64,000 nucleotides of DNA from Candidatus Obscuribacteraceae bacterium (GCA_044226015.1 JBGAHS010000002.1:1171435-1235434); one strand, 5' to 3'; positions 1-10,506 are shown, counted from the stretch's first letter. The notes: a model not told the origin generated them from the letters alone. Numbers and translations: made by a program.

Positions 1-237
1 GAGCAACACGATTCCCAGAAGCAGACCGGCTCCTGGAATTCGTCCGTCGGCGAAAGCATCAGGCAGGTAGTCCGCAGGAACGCACCAGCGCACAAGGCTG
101 GCACTCATCCCAATGAACTCGTTTTCGATGAGCCTACAGCAAAAGCCCAGCACCATGAGGCTGAGCCAAAGTGGAACCAAGAACAGAGCACCACGGATGA
201 TGCTTGTTTTTGTCTTAGCAGTGAGATTGCTAATCAT
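1..237 (-). CDS. Membrane protein, DUF502-like (3' end runs off the window)
   Basis: My own minus-strand translation from ATG at 237: MISNLTAKTKTSIIRGALFLVPLWLSLMVLG...IPGAGLLLGIVLL; open to window edge; not in the ORF track. Confidence 0.55.
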   Translation of the reverse strand, partial: MISNLTAKTKTSIIRGALFLVPLWLSLMVLGFCCRLIENEFIGMSASLVRWCVPADYLPDAFADGRIPGAGLLLGIVLL

Positions 238-364
238 GACTTCTTTCCGAAGAAACGGACCTGCACGGAAACGCCGCATATTTCAGCGGCGTCTCCAATG
301 CAGTCCTGAGAACAGGAATCAAGTAAACGTCCAGGTGGCGTTCGCCCCGGGACTGACCTCGCAC

Positions 365-2299
365 TTACTTGTCGCGAGTTGGATTTTCGTAAAGGTCGTC
401 AATTACCTTCTCGAAACGCTTCAGCAGCACCTTGTTGCGCAGCTTCTGCGTTTCAGTGATGATGCCATCGTCGACGGTGGCAGCCACCGGCATCACCACA
501 AAGTCCTTGACCTGCTCCCACTGTTCGAGCTCCTTGTTGCCTTCCGCGATGGCTTCGCCAACCGCTGCCTTCACCTTGTCGCTGTAGGCATAGTACTCAG
601 CTGGCTGCACACCCTGCGGCGCAGGACCAGCCACAGCCCTCGCCCTTTCCTGATTGGCGAAGACCAGTGCAGTGGTGTATTTGCGCTTGTACGCCACGGG
701 CAGAAGGTAGTGGATGATGGAGAAGTTCTTGAAGGCGTTCTCCACCTTTACGGTCGACACGTACTTACCCTGGGCAGTCTTGTACATGCCGTTCATCCGA
801 CCTTTGATGCTAACGAAGCCATCAGCATCCACCGTAACCAGGTCGCCCGTTCTGTAGAAGCCATCTGCAAAGGCATCGCGGGTCGCTTCCGGATTCTTCC
901 AGTAGCCCAGGAAGATCTGAGGTCCCTTCAATTGGATTTCTCCGCCTTCCAGTTCCTCCTCACCCTCAGCCTTGACGACGCGAACCTCGCACTGAGGAAT
1001 GGGCAGACCAACCGTTCCGACCTTCTTGTTGCCGGGTCGATTGGTGATGATGCCGCCGCAGGTCTCGGTCGCACCGTAGCCCTCTAGCGTCTCGAGCGAG
1101 ATATCCGGACGACCTTGGACATGACCGAGGCGGTCGAAGTAATCGAGTACTTCCTTTGAGATGGGCGCGCTTCCTGAGATGAGCAAGCGCAGGCGCCCAC
1201 CCATCTTCGCCCGTACCCGTGCGAAGAGCGTTCTGTCGAAGAACTTGCCCAAGAGCGAAGACGGCTTCTGGCGAACAGCGAAGTCCAGGAATCGCTTCCA
1301 GCAATTGACCGTACTCTTCGGCAGATGCAGAGCCTTCACCGCGTTGAGCAGCGCTTTGGGTTCGTAGAGTCCATTGCGCATCTTCTCCCAGCCAGCCGGC
1401 ACACCGCAGAGCATGGTCGGTTTGTAGAGGCTGAGGTTCGCAGCCATGCGATCGATTGGCGAGAACCCCATCGGCACCTTGTTCCAGATGCAGACGTAGG
1501 TTCCGTTCAAGCGCTCGTAGACGTGCGCCATCGGCAGGTAGGACAGGTAGAAGTCACTTTCCGAGTCGAGCTTCACGACTGCAGCCAGTCCTTCGAGGCA
1601 GGCCTGGATGTTCCCGTGCGAGATCATGCAACCCTTCGGATTCCCAGAGGAGCCGGAGGTATAGATGAGCGTCGCCAGGTCAGCCTTGGTGATGCCAGCG
1701 AAGCTGTCGCCACCGTCAGCAACCGCACGCTTCATTCGCGCGAGTTCATCGCGTGCTGCTGCCGCTTGAACGAAGATGCCCGGATTGTAGGCTGGCACAA
1801 TCCAGGTCTGGAACGGCACCGGCAGCCCGAGGTGCTTATCCATTTCTTCGACGCAGATCGGCTGTCCGACCTTGACGATTTTTCCATCCTTGTCTTCCGC
1901 TGCCCAGTACTGGAGGTACTTGGGGTCGGTGACGAACACGAACTGCGCCCCGGCGTCCCCGAGGATGAAGTTGATCTGGTCTCGCGAGGAGTTGGGGTAG
2001 ATCGGCACGGTGACCGCTCCCAGACTCTGAATAGCGAGGTCTGCCCAGAGCCACTCCGGAGAGTCTTTCTGAACGTTGTTCTCGCTTCGCGACTGCCAGC
2101 CGAGGATGGCGACCCGGTCTCCGGGTTGGATGCCCTGCTTACGCAGGTAGGACATGAAGGCAGCCACCGCCAGACCGCTTTGCTCCCAGGTGACATCGAC
2201 GAGACGTGGACCGTTGTCGCTGAGATCATTGAGGCGAAGCGCCGTGGTGTTTGCGCTTTGGAAGACGTGGTTCCAGAACCGTTGAATCAGGATTGTCAT
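365..2299 (-). CDS. Long-chain fatty acid-CoA ligase (AMP-dependent synthetase)
   Basis: IYTSGSSGNPKG AMP-binding motif, SYLPMAHVYE, EGYGATE, YRTGDL. Confidence 0.93.
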   Translation of the reverse strand: MTILIQRFWNHVFQSANTTALRLNDLSDNGPRLVDVTWEQSGLAVAAFMSYLRKQGIQPGDRVAILGWQSRSENNVQKDSPEWLWADLAIQSLGAVTVPIYPNSSRDQINFILGDAGAQFVFVTDPKYLQYWAAEDKDGKIVKVGQPICVEEMDKHLGLPVPFQTWIVPAYNPGIFVQAAAARDELARMKRAVADGGDSFAGITKADLATLIYTSGSSGNPKGCMISHGNIQACLEGLAAVVKLDSESDFYLSYLPMAHVYERLNGTYVCIWNKVPMGFSPIDRMAANLSLYKPTMLCGVPAGWEKMRNGLYEPKALLNAVKALHLPKSTVNCWKRFLDFAVRQKPSSLLGKFFDRTLFARVRAKMGGRLRLLISGSAPISKEVLDYFDRLGHVQGRPDISLETLEGYGATETCGGIITNRPGNKKVGTVGLPIPQCEVRVVKAEGEEELEGGEIQLKGPQIFLGYWKNPEATRDAFADGFYRTGDLVTVDADGFVSIKGRMNGMYKTAQGKYVSTVKVENAFKNFSIIHYLLPVAYKRKYTTALVFANQERARAVAGPAPQGVQPAEYYAYSDKVKAAVGEAIAEGNKELEQWEQVKDFVVMPVAATVDDGIITETQKLRNKVLLKRFEKVIDDLYENPTRDK

Positions 2300-2481
2300 T
2301 GTCTGCTTTCCAAAATTGAGGCTGGAGCCAGTTGTGCTGGCTCCGGTTTCGTTGTAGAACGACCTGCCGAGCAGATCGTGATGTCAAAAACGGAAAGACA
2401 GAGCTGGCACTTACACGCCAGCCCTGTCTTGACCTGATAACGCTTGCCGAAAGACAAGCTGTCACTTCACTCTGTTCGAAC

Positions 2482-3465
2482 TTAGGAGTTCTTCTTCTTC
2501 GCCTGGTGGTCGAGGAAGCGCTGCACCGCACGCTTGCATCCTTCGGTATGTGTCAGAGCAGCGAACTGTCCCGACTCGAGGGACATGCTCTCGTCGACAC
2601 CACGCGAGAAAGTGGACTCCATCACATCCATCGCAGCAAACGGCGCAGGGAACTTGGTCTCGTTGCCCATGCTCATCTTCACCAGCAGTCCAGCCGCACC
2701 GCTGAGGAACTTGCGGCCCAGCTTGCTGTCGAAACACTTCCGAGCCAGCCTGGACAGCAAGCTCTGCTTACGCGGTTCGGCAAGATCTCCGCCACCCGCG
2801 ATTTCGATGGCGCGGGACAAAAGCTGCTCCTCGTTGACCAGTTCCTGGACAATGCCTTCGGCGTAGGCTCGCCGTGCCGACCAGGGTTTCAGCGGGTTGA
2901 GCACCATCGTCAGTGCCGACTTGTAGCCGACCGCGCGGGGCATGAGCACGCAGCCACCCCAGCCGGGAATGACTCCAAGACCCACTTCCGGCAAGCCGAA
3001 CACAGTCGACTTGCTGTTGCTGGCGATGCGGTAACCGAAGCGCAGCATCATTTCGAAGCCACCGCCGAGGCAGCGCCCGTTGATAGCGCAGACGGTGTAC
3101 ATGGGCAAGAATCTGATGCTGTCGAGAATCTGCTTGCCTTTGTGGCAGGCTTCGTAGACTTCATCGACTTCCATGGACTGTGCCCGCTGAATCTCCTTGA
3201 TGTCGGCACCTGCAACGAAGCAGTTGGGCTTGCCGGAGTAGAAGACCACACCATGGATTGGTGGCAGGTCTGGGTTGCTCATGGCGCCATCCAGGATACG
3301 CACCACATCCGCGATTTCCTGCATCACAGCCGAGGACAGCAGGTTGACCGTCGGCTTGTCCTGACAGTCGAGCTTGACCAGCGCGACACCTTCACGGTCG
3401 AGCACGCTCAGCTCGACATTGGCGCTGCGGTGGATCAGTCGTGCATTTTGAATCGTCATGTTCAT
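2482..3465 (-). CDS. Enoyl-CoA hydratase/isomerase (FadJ/FadB N-terminal-like, stand-alone)
   Basis: FVAGADIKEI, AINGRCLGGGFE, FGLPEVGLGVIPGWGG crotonase motifs; no dehydrogenase domain follows. Confidence 0.88.
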   Translation of the reverse strand: MNMTIQNARLIHRSANVELSVLDREGVALVKLDCQDKPTVNLLSSAVMQEIADVVRILDGAMSNPDLPPIHGVVFYSGKPNCFVAGADIKEIQRAQSMEVDEVYEACHKGKQILDSIRFLPMYTVCAINGRCLGGGFEMMLRFGYRIASNSKSTVFGLPEVGLGVIPGWGGCVLMPRAVGYKSALTMVLNPLKPWSARRAYAEGIVQELVNEEQLLSRAIEIAGGGDLAEPRKQSLLSRLARKCFDSKLGRKFLSGAAGLLVKMSMGNETKFPAPFAAMDVMESTFSRGVDESMSLESGQFAALTHTEGCKRAVQRFLDHQAKKKNS

Positions 3466-3554
3466 TCCTTGTTCTTGAGGAAAAGTGTTTTGCGCAAACT
3501 GCGCGGAAATCTGCCAGCCTCTGCTTTGATTAGAAGCAGCACTAGCCAGTGAAA

Positions 3555-3625
3555 GGTGGAACTGGAGATTCTTTCAGAAGCTGCCCGTGATGGCTAGCGA
3601 ACCCCTGAATCTCTCCAGCTCCACC
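3555..3625. other. Intergenic imperfect inverted repeat
   Basis: GGTGGAACTGGAGATTC ... GAATCTCTCCAGCTCCACC. Confidence 0.45.
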
Positions 3626-3647
3626 CAGTTGCTCAATTGGACAAGCA

Positions 3648-4559
3648 CTAGCCTGTGATTTCAGGCTGCCGCACGTTGTCGCCCGGACGAGCAAGCCCGA
3701 GCGGGTCAAGCTCACAGACGCGAGTCTTGAGCAGCATCGTCGCCTTCTCAGCGATGTCGCCGTTTTCGTCGGCAGGCAGCTGGTCAGCAGCGATGGGTTC
3801 GCCGATGGTCACTGTGCATCCCGAGCGATAAATCGGCGCCAACAGCAAGCAGGCAACGTATTGCAGCTCGATTGGAATCTTGCGAATCCAATGGCCTGGG
3901 TAGCGTCCATACCGGATGTAGGCCGGCAGGATGTAGGCATTCTCTCCCAGTTTCTTGGCGGTCTCATGTGCGATGAGAACCGCGCCCTTTTTGAAGTAGC
4001 CCATGGCGCCATCGCAGTAGCTGTAGCCCTCCGGGAAGAGCACCAGAATGCGATTGCCGCGGCTCAGCAGGTCGATGGCTGCGTCACGAGCTGCACCGCC
4101 CTTGCCGCGCTCCAACGCGCAGGGAATGACGCCCATGGGTCCGAAGAGCAGCGCACCGAACCCACCGAAGATAGGGTAGAGTCCGACCGTAGCCATATAG
4201 CGCTCGCCCTTGCCGCGCAGCACTTCAGGCATCACAACAACATCTGCGAAGTTGCCGTGATTGGCGCATACAAGGAAGGACTTCCCGTTCAGCTTCTCAA
4301 GGTTTTCCATGCCCTTGATTTTGACCTTGCCGACCAGAAGCCAGAGGAAGAAACGCGTGATTTTGTCACGCCGCGCGAGTCCACTTGCGGTGGGCTCTTC
4401 GATGTTGCCCGAGCGAGACACTCGCTTGATGTAGTCAGCGTTGCGGCGCAGTACGCTGCGTGCCCACAGCCAGGCACAAAACGCCACCACACCGATGGTG
4501 ACAGCAATCCAGGACCAGAGCCCAAGGCCGAAGCCCCAGGCGAAAGTCGTCGCGATCAT
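3648..4559 (-). CDS. PlsC-type (lyso)phospholipid acyltransferase with N-terminal TM
   Basis: NHGNFAD (HxxxxD) and FPEG motifs; start moved to MIATTF with GGAG RBS. Confidence 0.88.
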   Translation of the reverse strand: MIATTFAWGFGLGLWSWIAVTIGVVAFCAWLWARSVLRRNADYIKRVSRSGNIEEPTASGLARRDKITRFFLWLLVGKVKIKGMENLEKLNGKSFLVCANHGNFADVVVMPEVLRGKGERYMATVGLYPIFGGFGALLFGPMGVIPCALERGKGGAARDAAIDLLSRGNRILVLFPEGYSYCDGAMGYFKKGAVLIAHETAKKLGENAYILPAYIRYGRYPGHWIRKIPIELQYVACLLLAPIYRSGCTVTIGEPIAADQLPADENGDIAEKATMLLKTRVCELDPLGLARPGDNVRQPEITG

Positions 4560-4953
4560 GTTCGTCTCCGATTCAGGAAATGAGATGGAAATGTTCGATG
4601 GGCTCGACGCCCTCGAACAGTCAGCGCAAAGACCTACGAGGACTTCTTGCTGACTCACGATGTTTAGCCGCCTTATTTCAAAGGCAGCGAAAAGGGGCTC
4701 CCCACGCGAGAAGCCCCTCTTGTTGCAGGGTCGAAACCCTGGATTAGTGCAGGCTCGGCTGAGCCGAACCATCACCGTCAGCCCGCCTGTTTCTGCACTT
4801 CCATGACCACGCGGACCTTTAGTTCGGTCCAGGAGTCTGGCTGCAGCGTATTGCACGGTCGCTATATCGGCAAGGTAGCCGGCGAAGCGGCTACCCTGCC
4901 CGGTTCCGAAGCAGTGCTGTCGCCCTGCATTCCGGTTCCCTGAAAGGTTGTAG

Positions 4954-6063
4954 TTAGTAGAGCCCGTGCTTGGCGAAGACCGCCTTCACCTTGTGAGTGT
5001 AGTACTGCGGCTTGCCCAGCGGGTTCGGCTGGAAGTCACGCCAGAATCCCAGTTCTGAGATGATGGTGCGAGCACGCTCCAGATTCTCTCCAGTCAGGAG
5101 CCCGTGCAGCGCCAGAACAGAGAGGGCGTCATTGAACGCCAGCAAGACAGCGAGCCACTTCTCATCGCTCGAGAGATGGAAACGCAGCGTCGAAGTATGC
5201 TGAATCGGCGGATGCAACTCAATCACCCCCGCGGTTTCCGGTCCCCAGTGAGAATCGGGGTGAGTCCGCCAGACCCAGCGAGCAGCCCGGTGCAGCCTGC
5301 CTGCCAGTGTGGTGGGGTGGATTTCGTTGCAGCGAATGGCGATCATCTTCTTCGGGTCGCGGCCGAAGTGCTCGATATGGAGCCCAACCGGGCAGTATCC
5401 GTACCGGCTCAGCCCGCCGTCGAAGAGCACGTTGCCCTTGTAGGACAGAGGCACCATCACACCACCGATGCTGCAGCTAGCCCGCACCGCCAGTGGCAGC
5501 GGGAGCGGTTCGTCGGAGAGCATGAGCCGCTCACCATCACGGAACAGGGTCGCTCCGTGCTCGTTGAATAGGATCGGATCTCCATATCGCGAAGTCGCGA
5601 TGCAGCTGTACCCCGACGGCCAGGACTCCAGCCCAGCCTGCTTCTGGAATGCGGCGATGGTATCGCCCAGGGACTCCGTGCCGAGCAGTCCGTACCACTG
5701 GCACTCGCGCCACTCGTCGCCATATCCGCGTACAGCGCGCGTGCACGTGAGCGGGTCGGTGAACGGAGCAGCGAAGATGCCGCGCTTGATACTGACCCGT
5801 TCGCGGAACTTGAGGTCCAGAGTGATATGGAGCAGCTCCTGAGGGCTGTACCCACAGGCGATGAGCGCACCGACGATGGAGCCCCCGCTGGCACCGTGAA
5901 CCTGGCGCCACTTGGAGATGCCGGCGACGTGAGCCGCCAGCTGGAAGCCCACACCGGCCATCAGCGAAGTGACACCACCAGCGCTGATATGAACCTCATA
6001 ATCAGAGGCGACGCCGTTGTTCTTCGCGCCTTGATTTTCATTCAACTGTTTCGAAGAGTTCAT
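4954..6063 (-). CDS. Patatin-like phospholipase
   Basis: SAGG oxyanion loop, GASGG nucleophile elbow, DGG motif. Confidence 0.85.
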   Translation of the reverse strand: MNSSKQLNENQGAKNNGVASDYEVHISAGGVTSLMAGVGFQLAAHVAGISKWRQVHGASGGSIVGALIACGYSPQELLHITLDLKFRERVSIKRGIFAAPFTDPLTCTRAVRGYGDEWRECQWYGLLGTESLGDTIAAFQKQAGLESWPSGYSCIATSRYGDPILFNEHGATLFRDGERLMLSDEPLPLPLAVRASCSIGGVMVPLSYKGNVLFDGGLSRYGYCPVGLHIEHFGRDPKKMIAIRCNEIHPTTLAGRLHRAARWVWRTHPDSHWGPETAGVIELHPPIQHTSTLRFHLSSDEKWLAVLLAFNDALSVLALHGLLTGENLERARTIISELGFWRDFQPNPLGKPQYYTHKVKAVFAKHGLY

Positions 6064-6165
6064 GTTGGTCCTTCTTGGAAAAAAGTGAAGAGACGTGCAC
6101 CCTGGCACGCTCTTCGGTTACGCTGATTGGCTCTAGAAGCCGTTCAGCCCAATGTGCAAAAAAGG

Positions 6166-6194
6166 GAGTCAGGAAGCGTTCCCGCTTCCTGACT
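6166..6194. terminator. Stem-loop between acyltransferase and patatin genes
   Basis: AGTCAGGAAGCG-TTCC-CGCTTCCTGACT, followed by a T-run on the minus strand. Confidence 0.55.
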
Positions 6195-6228
6195 GAGTTG
6201 TTGACACCACTTGTTTCCCGCGGATGAC

Positions 6229-7161
6229 TTAGCGGCTCTGCTCAGCGAGGTCGAGCAGTTCGAGAACACGGTCGCGCAGAAACAGGCTCGCTTCGTCTTC
6301 ATCAGCCGGCAGGGTGCTGCTGTCGATGGGGTCGCCGACGACGACCACACCGCCATACAGAGTGATGTGCGAGCGGTAGTAGGCTTTGAGTTTCTGATCA
6401 CGTTCAGCCGTAACCTTCTCACGCTCTTCTTCGCTCATCTGGTCGAGGTCGAGCTTGAAGACCGGGTCCCAGTTGCGCGGGTCGCGCATGCCCAACCAGG
6501 CAGCCCGAGCCAGGAAGCGCTGAATCCAGTTCGCATTCTTCGGGTCACGTTCGTAGTAAAGAGCGACCGGAACGATATTGATCTTGGCACCGCCAGCCTT
6601 CTCCGAAGCCAATCGCGCAATGCGAACAGCACCAGGCAACCAGCGCTCGGTCAAGCGAGGGTTGTCCGGCAACAGGTTGCCTTCCGGGAAGATGCCGAAG
6701 CTACCATCTTCCTTGGCCAGCACGTCCACGCAAGTAGCTTGAGCAGCCGCGCGTTCAGACTTTTCCTTGAAATTGATCGAGATCGCACCGGTCCAGGCGC
6801 CCAGCACACCGAAGAAGCCCCGCAACTCCTTTCCGGAGGTCAGGGTTCGGAAGTGCCGATTTGTACCATGACGCAGCATCGCGAAGTCGCAGGGCATCTG
6901 GTGGTTGGCGATGTACATGGTTCGCCCCGAAAGAGGCGACTTGCGACGATTCACCACCTTGACCGGACCGACCGTCAGCAGGGTGAGCAGCTTGGTGGAG
7001 AAATTGAAGAAGATTTTGCCCCAGACGGTGGTGTAGGGGGCGGTGTAGCCGCTCTGCGTGAACTTGCGAGCGTGATACTTCCAGACACGGTACCAGCGAA
7101 CAGCAGCTGCGACGCAGAGGAACGCCAGACCGAGCCAGAGGTAGCCTTGAACAGACATCAT
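6229..7161 (-). CDS. PlsC-type acyltransferase
   Basis: NHQMPCD and IFPEG motifs; N-terminal TM. Confidence 0.85.
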   Translation of the reverse strand: MMSVQGYLWLGLAFLCVAAAVRWYRVWKYHARKFTQSGYTAPYTTVWGKIFFNFSTKLLTLLTVGPVKVVNRRKSPLSGRTMYIANHQMPCDFAMLRHGTNRHFRTLTSGKELRGFFGVLGAWTGAISINFKEKSERAAAQATCVDVLAKEDGSFGIFPEGNLLPDNPRLTERWLPGAVRIARLASEKAGGAKINIVPVALYYERDPKNANWIQRFLARAAWLGMRDPRNWDPVFKLDLDQMSEEEREKVTAERDQKLKAYYRSHITLYGGVVVVGDPIDSSTLPADEDEASLFLRDRVLELLDLAEQSR

Positions 7162-7798
7162 CGTTTTCTTCCTTCAAAATGAGGTTTGTTGTGCCAGCTC
7201 CCAATGAGCTAGCGTGCGTCGGCAAAGCCGAACGCCAGAAACGTGATGTAGACTGATCCGAACAGGGATCAGCACATCATTTGGAACGGTTTCTCTCTGT
7301 TTCCACTTCGGTGGAATTTTCACAAGCCTGGTAATGAGATTGGGGGTGCTTTCGTGTTGGAGTTCTGGGGGGGGCTGTAAGTGACAGAGAGGTCTTGAGT
7401 ATGGAACTTAGGCGGCGTCACAGTCAAAGCTGGGACGCAGCGCGGGAACCATCGTAAGTACAAGGGTTTGTCCTAATATCGGCGGGTTTTCACGCCGCCC
7501 GAGTCTGCGTAATTGCACCATCACACACTGAGAATGTTCTCCGCTAAGCTCACACAAATTTTCAGCGGAGAAACCACATGCGCTAACCTATCGCTGCGCC
7601 TCATCTTGGCGTAAACCTTGTCTTTATAAAGCGAACTAAGGCTTACCGCGCGCTGAATTTCACATTTGTCTTCGCAAAGCCTTGCGCACAATTAGCAGTC
7701 AAAATAAACCGGCTCTAACCTGCACTCCAGCCAATACTCCGATATCCAAGCTGGATACCGAGTCCCTTGAAAATTCATGCAGCCCAATAAATCATCGA

Positions 7799-8180
7799 AA
7801 TTAGATCGATATCGATCTAATTCGGGCTTTTTAATAGCTTTTCGATGTCGCGTAGATTTTCTCGGGCTTGCCAACCCCGCAGATTTTCCCCTCTGGAATG
7901 CCAGCAAATTTTCCCGACTTCATCGATATCGATCCAACTTCGCCTTTTAACTAGTCTTTCGACTACGCAGATTTCTTCGTAGCTTGCCAACTCCGTAGAT
8001 TTTCCCCGCCCGAAACCCAGCAAATTTTCCCGACTTCATCGATATCGATCCAACTTCGCCTTTTTACTAGTCTTTCGACTACGCAGATTTCTGCGTAGCT
8101 TGCCAACTCCGTAGATTTTCCCCGCCCGAAACCCAGCAAATTTTCCCGACTTCGTCGATATCGATCCAACTTCGCCTTTT
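7799..8180. repeat. ~116-bp tandem repeat (about 3.3 units) with ATCGATATCGAT palindromic core
   Basis: Cores at 7805, 7922, 8038, 8154; perfect 24-bp palindrome 7799-7822. Confidence 0.9.
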
Positions 8181-8693
8181 TAGGGGGCTTCGTCCCGCTT
8201 TAATGCCTGATCCAAAGAGCTGCCACCAGATCACAGCTTGACGAACAAACTCTTTCTTCTAATGAATTTCTGGGACATTCCCAATTGATACAGAGTGCCA
8301 CCACATATAGCACCACCATTCAGCAGCGAGACTTTCTTAAATGCTCCTACATGAATGCAGTTCTGTTAAGCTTCTGCATCGGATCATCACTATTCTGTAC
8401 TTCTGTTAAGTTATCGCATTGGACACTCTCATAGCTAGCGCCAGTCTGATTAGTCTCACACTATGGGACCTTCACCCCGTAACTGCAGCCCGTGCACCCG
8501 AAGACCCTTGCCCCATGCATCGCCACACGGTAGGGTGAGGCGTCACTCTATCTAGACCGCACCGAGAAACCCCGAAGCCCAGTAAACCCAAACCCTACTG
8601 CTAACACCTGCGCATCTCGTTGATGTTCAGGTGGCTTCATGCTCGGCGCAACTTTGTTTCGATCCACAAAACCAGAAAGAAGAGGAACGAATC

Positions 8694-8933
8694 ATGGCTA
8701 AGAACCGTACCCACCAGGTGCACGCGAAGAAGACGGAACGCATGTCGTTCACAATCACCAAGGAAACCCTCCTGGTGGCTGATCGCAAAGCGCGTCGCGA
8801 AGCCTCGATCGAGGCAGGCACCTACCGCCAGTCCGGCAACGGAGTGCATGGCGGCACTGACAAGCAGCGGAACCGTCGTGACCGTCACGACATCCGCAAG
8901 AAGATGAAGCGCTGGGGAAACTCGGACGAGTAA
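8694..8933 (+). CDS. Small basic (K/R-rich) protein
   Basis: GAGGA RBS before ATG 8694; 79 aa; first gene of a co-oriented run. Confidence 0.7.
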   Translation: MAKNRTHQVHAKKTERMSFTITKETLLVADRKARREASIEAGTYRQSGNGVHGGTDKQRNRRDRHDIRKKMKRWGNSDE

Positions 8934-8988
8934 CTCAAGCGTACTACCAATTCGAACTTCAGCCCTCGTCGAAAGGAATCACCCCATC

Positions 8989-9447
8989 ATGGACACGATG
9001 CTCTGTGTCGTAGATGTCCAGTATCCCTTCGTGCAGCGGGAGGACGACGCGTATATCGCGGCGATCCTCCTTGCTGTTGAGCAAGCAAGAAATGAGGGTA
9101 ACTTCATCGCCCTCATCGAAGACAAAGGAGGAACAATCACTGACGAGCGGGTACTGGCGTCCCTGCAGGGCTACAGCAAAGTCGTTACACTGAGGAAGTG
9201 TCAGTGGGACGGCTCTCTGCAGGTCGCCATCGCAATCAGTGACTTCAAGATGCAGATTGTACGCTTCCGCCTATGCGGTGCGTTCGGTGAGCAATGCGTG
9301 CTTGCTACCGCTGCGGGTCTCCGCGAACGCTTCGAAAGAGCGGACGTGGAGATTATTCGCAGTGCGTGCGTACCAGTTCCTGTTCGTCGTTTCAACAACA
9401 ACGAGTGGGAGCGAGTCGCTAAGCGATTGCGCATTACTGTTTCATGA
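8989..9447 (+). CDS. Isochorismatase-like cysteine hydrolase
   Basis: VVDVQ Asp, central Lys (LRKCQWDGS), CGAFGEQCV Cys motif. Confidence 0.75.
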   Translation: MDTMLCVVDVQYPFVQREDDAYIAAILLAVEQARNEGNFIALIEDKGGTITDERVLASLQGYSKVVTLRKCQWDGSLQVAIAISDFKMQIVRFRLCGAFGEQCVLATAAGLRERFERADVEIIRSACVPVPVRRFNNNEWERVAKRLRITVS

Positions 9448-9465
9448 ACTACAAGGAGCAAGATT

Positions 9466-9837
9466 TTGAATCTCAAAATGATGCTGGTCATTCGAAATGA
9501 CCTGAACATGAGAAAGGGGAAGCTTGCGGCGCAAGCTGCTCACGCTGCCCAGGAGGCAATTCTCGACCGTAGCGCCGAGACACCTCGACTCAAGTCCGAC
9601 CCGCTGATTTTCGCATGGCTCGCTAGCGACTACCGCAAAGTGACCGTACGAGTTGATAGCGAGCAGGAACTGCTGGCGCTCGTCGAAAGAGCGAAGGAAC
9701 TCGGTATCAACGTGCATCTGGTCGAAGACCTCGGTCACACCGAGTTTCACGGGGTCAAGACTTACACCGCAGTAGCCCTCGGTCCTGCCGAATCAGACGC
9801 ACTCGATGCACTGACCGGCGAGCTGAAGCTGCTTTAG
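9466..9837 (+). CDS. pth2: Peptidyl-tRNA hydrolase type 2 (Pth2)
   Basis: VIRNDLNMRKGKLAAQAAHA, RKVTVRV, DLGHTEF, TAVALGP, LTGELKLL. Confidence 0.93.
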   Translation: MNLKMMLVIRNDLNMRKGKLAAQAAHAAQEAILDRSAETPRLKSDPLIFAWLASDYRKVTVRVDSEQELLALVERAKELGINVHLVEDLGHTEFHGVKTYTAVALGPAESDALDALTGELKLL

Positions 9838-9904
9838 CAGCATCGCCCTGTCCCCTGGCAGAGCGATGGTCTTTCTCAACAATCCCAATTCAAGGAGAGA
9901 TGCC

Positions 9905-10204
9905 ATGACGAACGCTCTGCTCTGTGAAGTCCAGATCACTGGCTGCCTGTCTGCCGACCTCTTCTACATCGAGGTCCCGGACCAGGGCTCCGATGATGCG
10001 AATGTCGCCGCCGCACATAACCGCTATGCGGAGCTGTTCGGCGGTCCGTTCCGTTCGCACTACTGCGACCAGTGCCACGACAGCACCTCCATGTGCGTCG
10101 AAGTGCTGAGCACTAAGCGCAGCCGCAAGGTGCGCTCCCGTGCAGCAATCGGGCGGCACGACGCAAATGGTCAGGAGTACGTAATCCATCGGCTTCGCAA
10201 CTAG
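9905..10204 (+). CDS. Hypothetical protein with CxxC
   Basis: AGGAGA RBS; YCDQCHD; codon style like neighbours. Confidence 0.55.
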   Translation: MTNALLCEVQITGCLSADLFYIEVPDQGSDDANVAAAHNRYAELFGGPFRSHYCDQCHDSTSMCVEVLSTKRSRKVRSRAAIGRHDANGQEYVIHRLRN

Positions 10205-10261
10205 CACACAGCTACCTCGTTGCTGGCAGTGACCGCCGCCTCCTGGCACGGTCACCGCTGG

Positions 10262-10430
10262 CGACGTGGTGTGTGCCTCATGCCTCATCCCTGCGTGATG
10301 TGGTGTGTAACTCAAGCTACATCTGCTTGATGTGGCGTGCCTAATGCCGCACCTGCGTGGTGTGGTGTGCCTCAAGCCACATCCGCGTGATGTGGTGTGT
10401 GCCTTTAGCCGCAGCTCACATCTGCGCTAC
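10262..10430. repeat. Imperfect ~30-33 bp tandem repeat (about 5 units)
   Basis: Recurring GTGGTGTG(TG)CCTCA(T/A)GCC.CATC.GCGTGAT units. Confidence 0.7.
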
Positions 10431-10506
10431 CAAGTGACACATCGCCACTACAGGCGGTGCGTACTGTTTATTTTTCTGAAAACACTAACCGGAGAATACG
10501 ACACGA

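Noticed and set aside
113..3552. Long plus-strand ORFs (113-1087, 1325-2437, 2332-3552)
   Set aside because: Antisense shadows of motif-bearing minus-strand genes in GC-rich DNA
7692..8169. Three similar short minus-strand ORFs
   Set aside because: Translations of the tandem DNA repeat; no evidence of coding
7799..8180. CRISPR array
   Set aside because: Whole ~116-bp units repeat, with no unique spacers, and no cas genes are in the window
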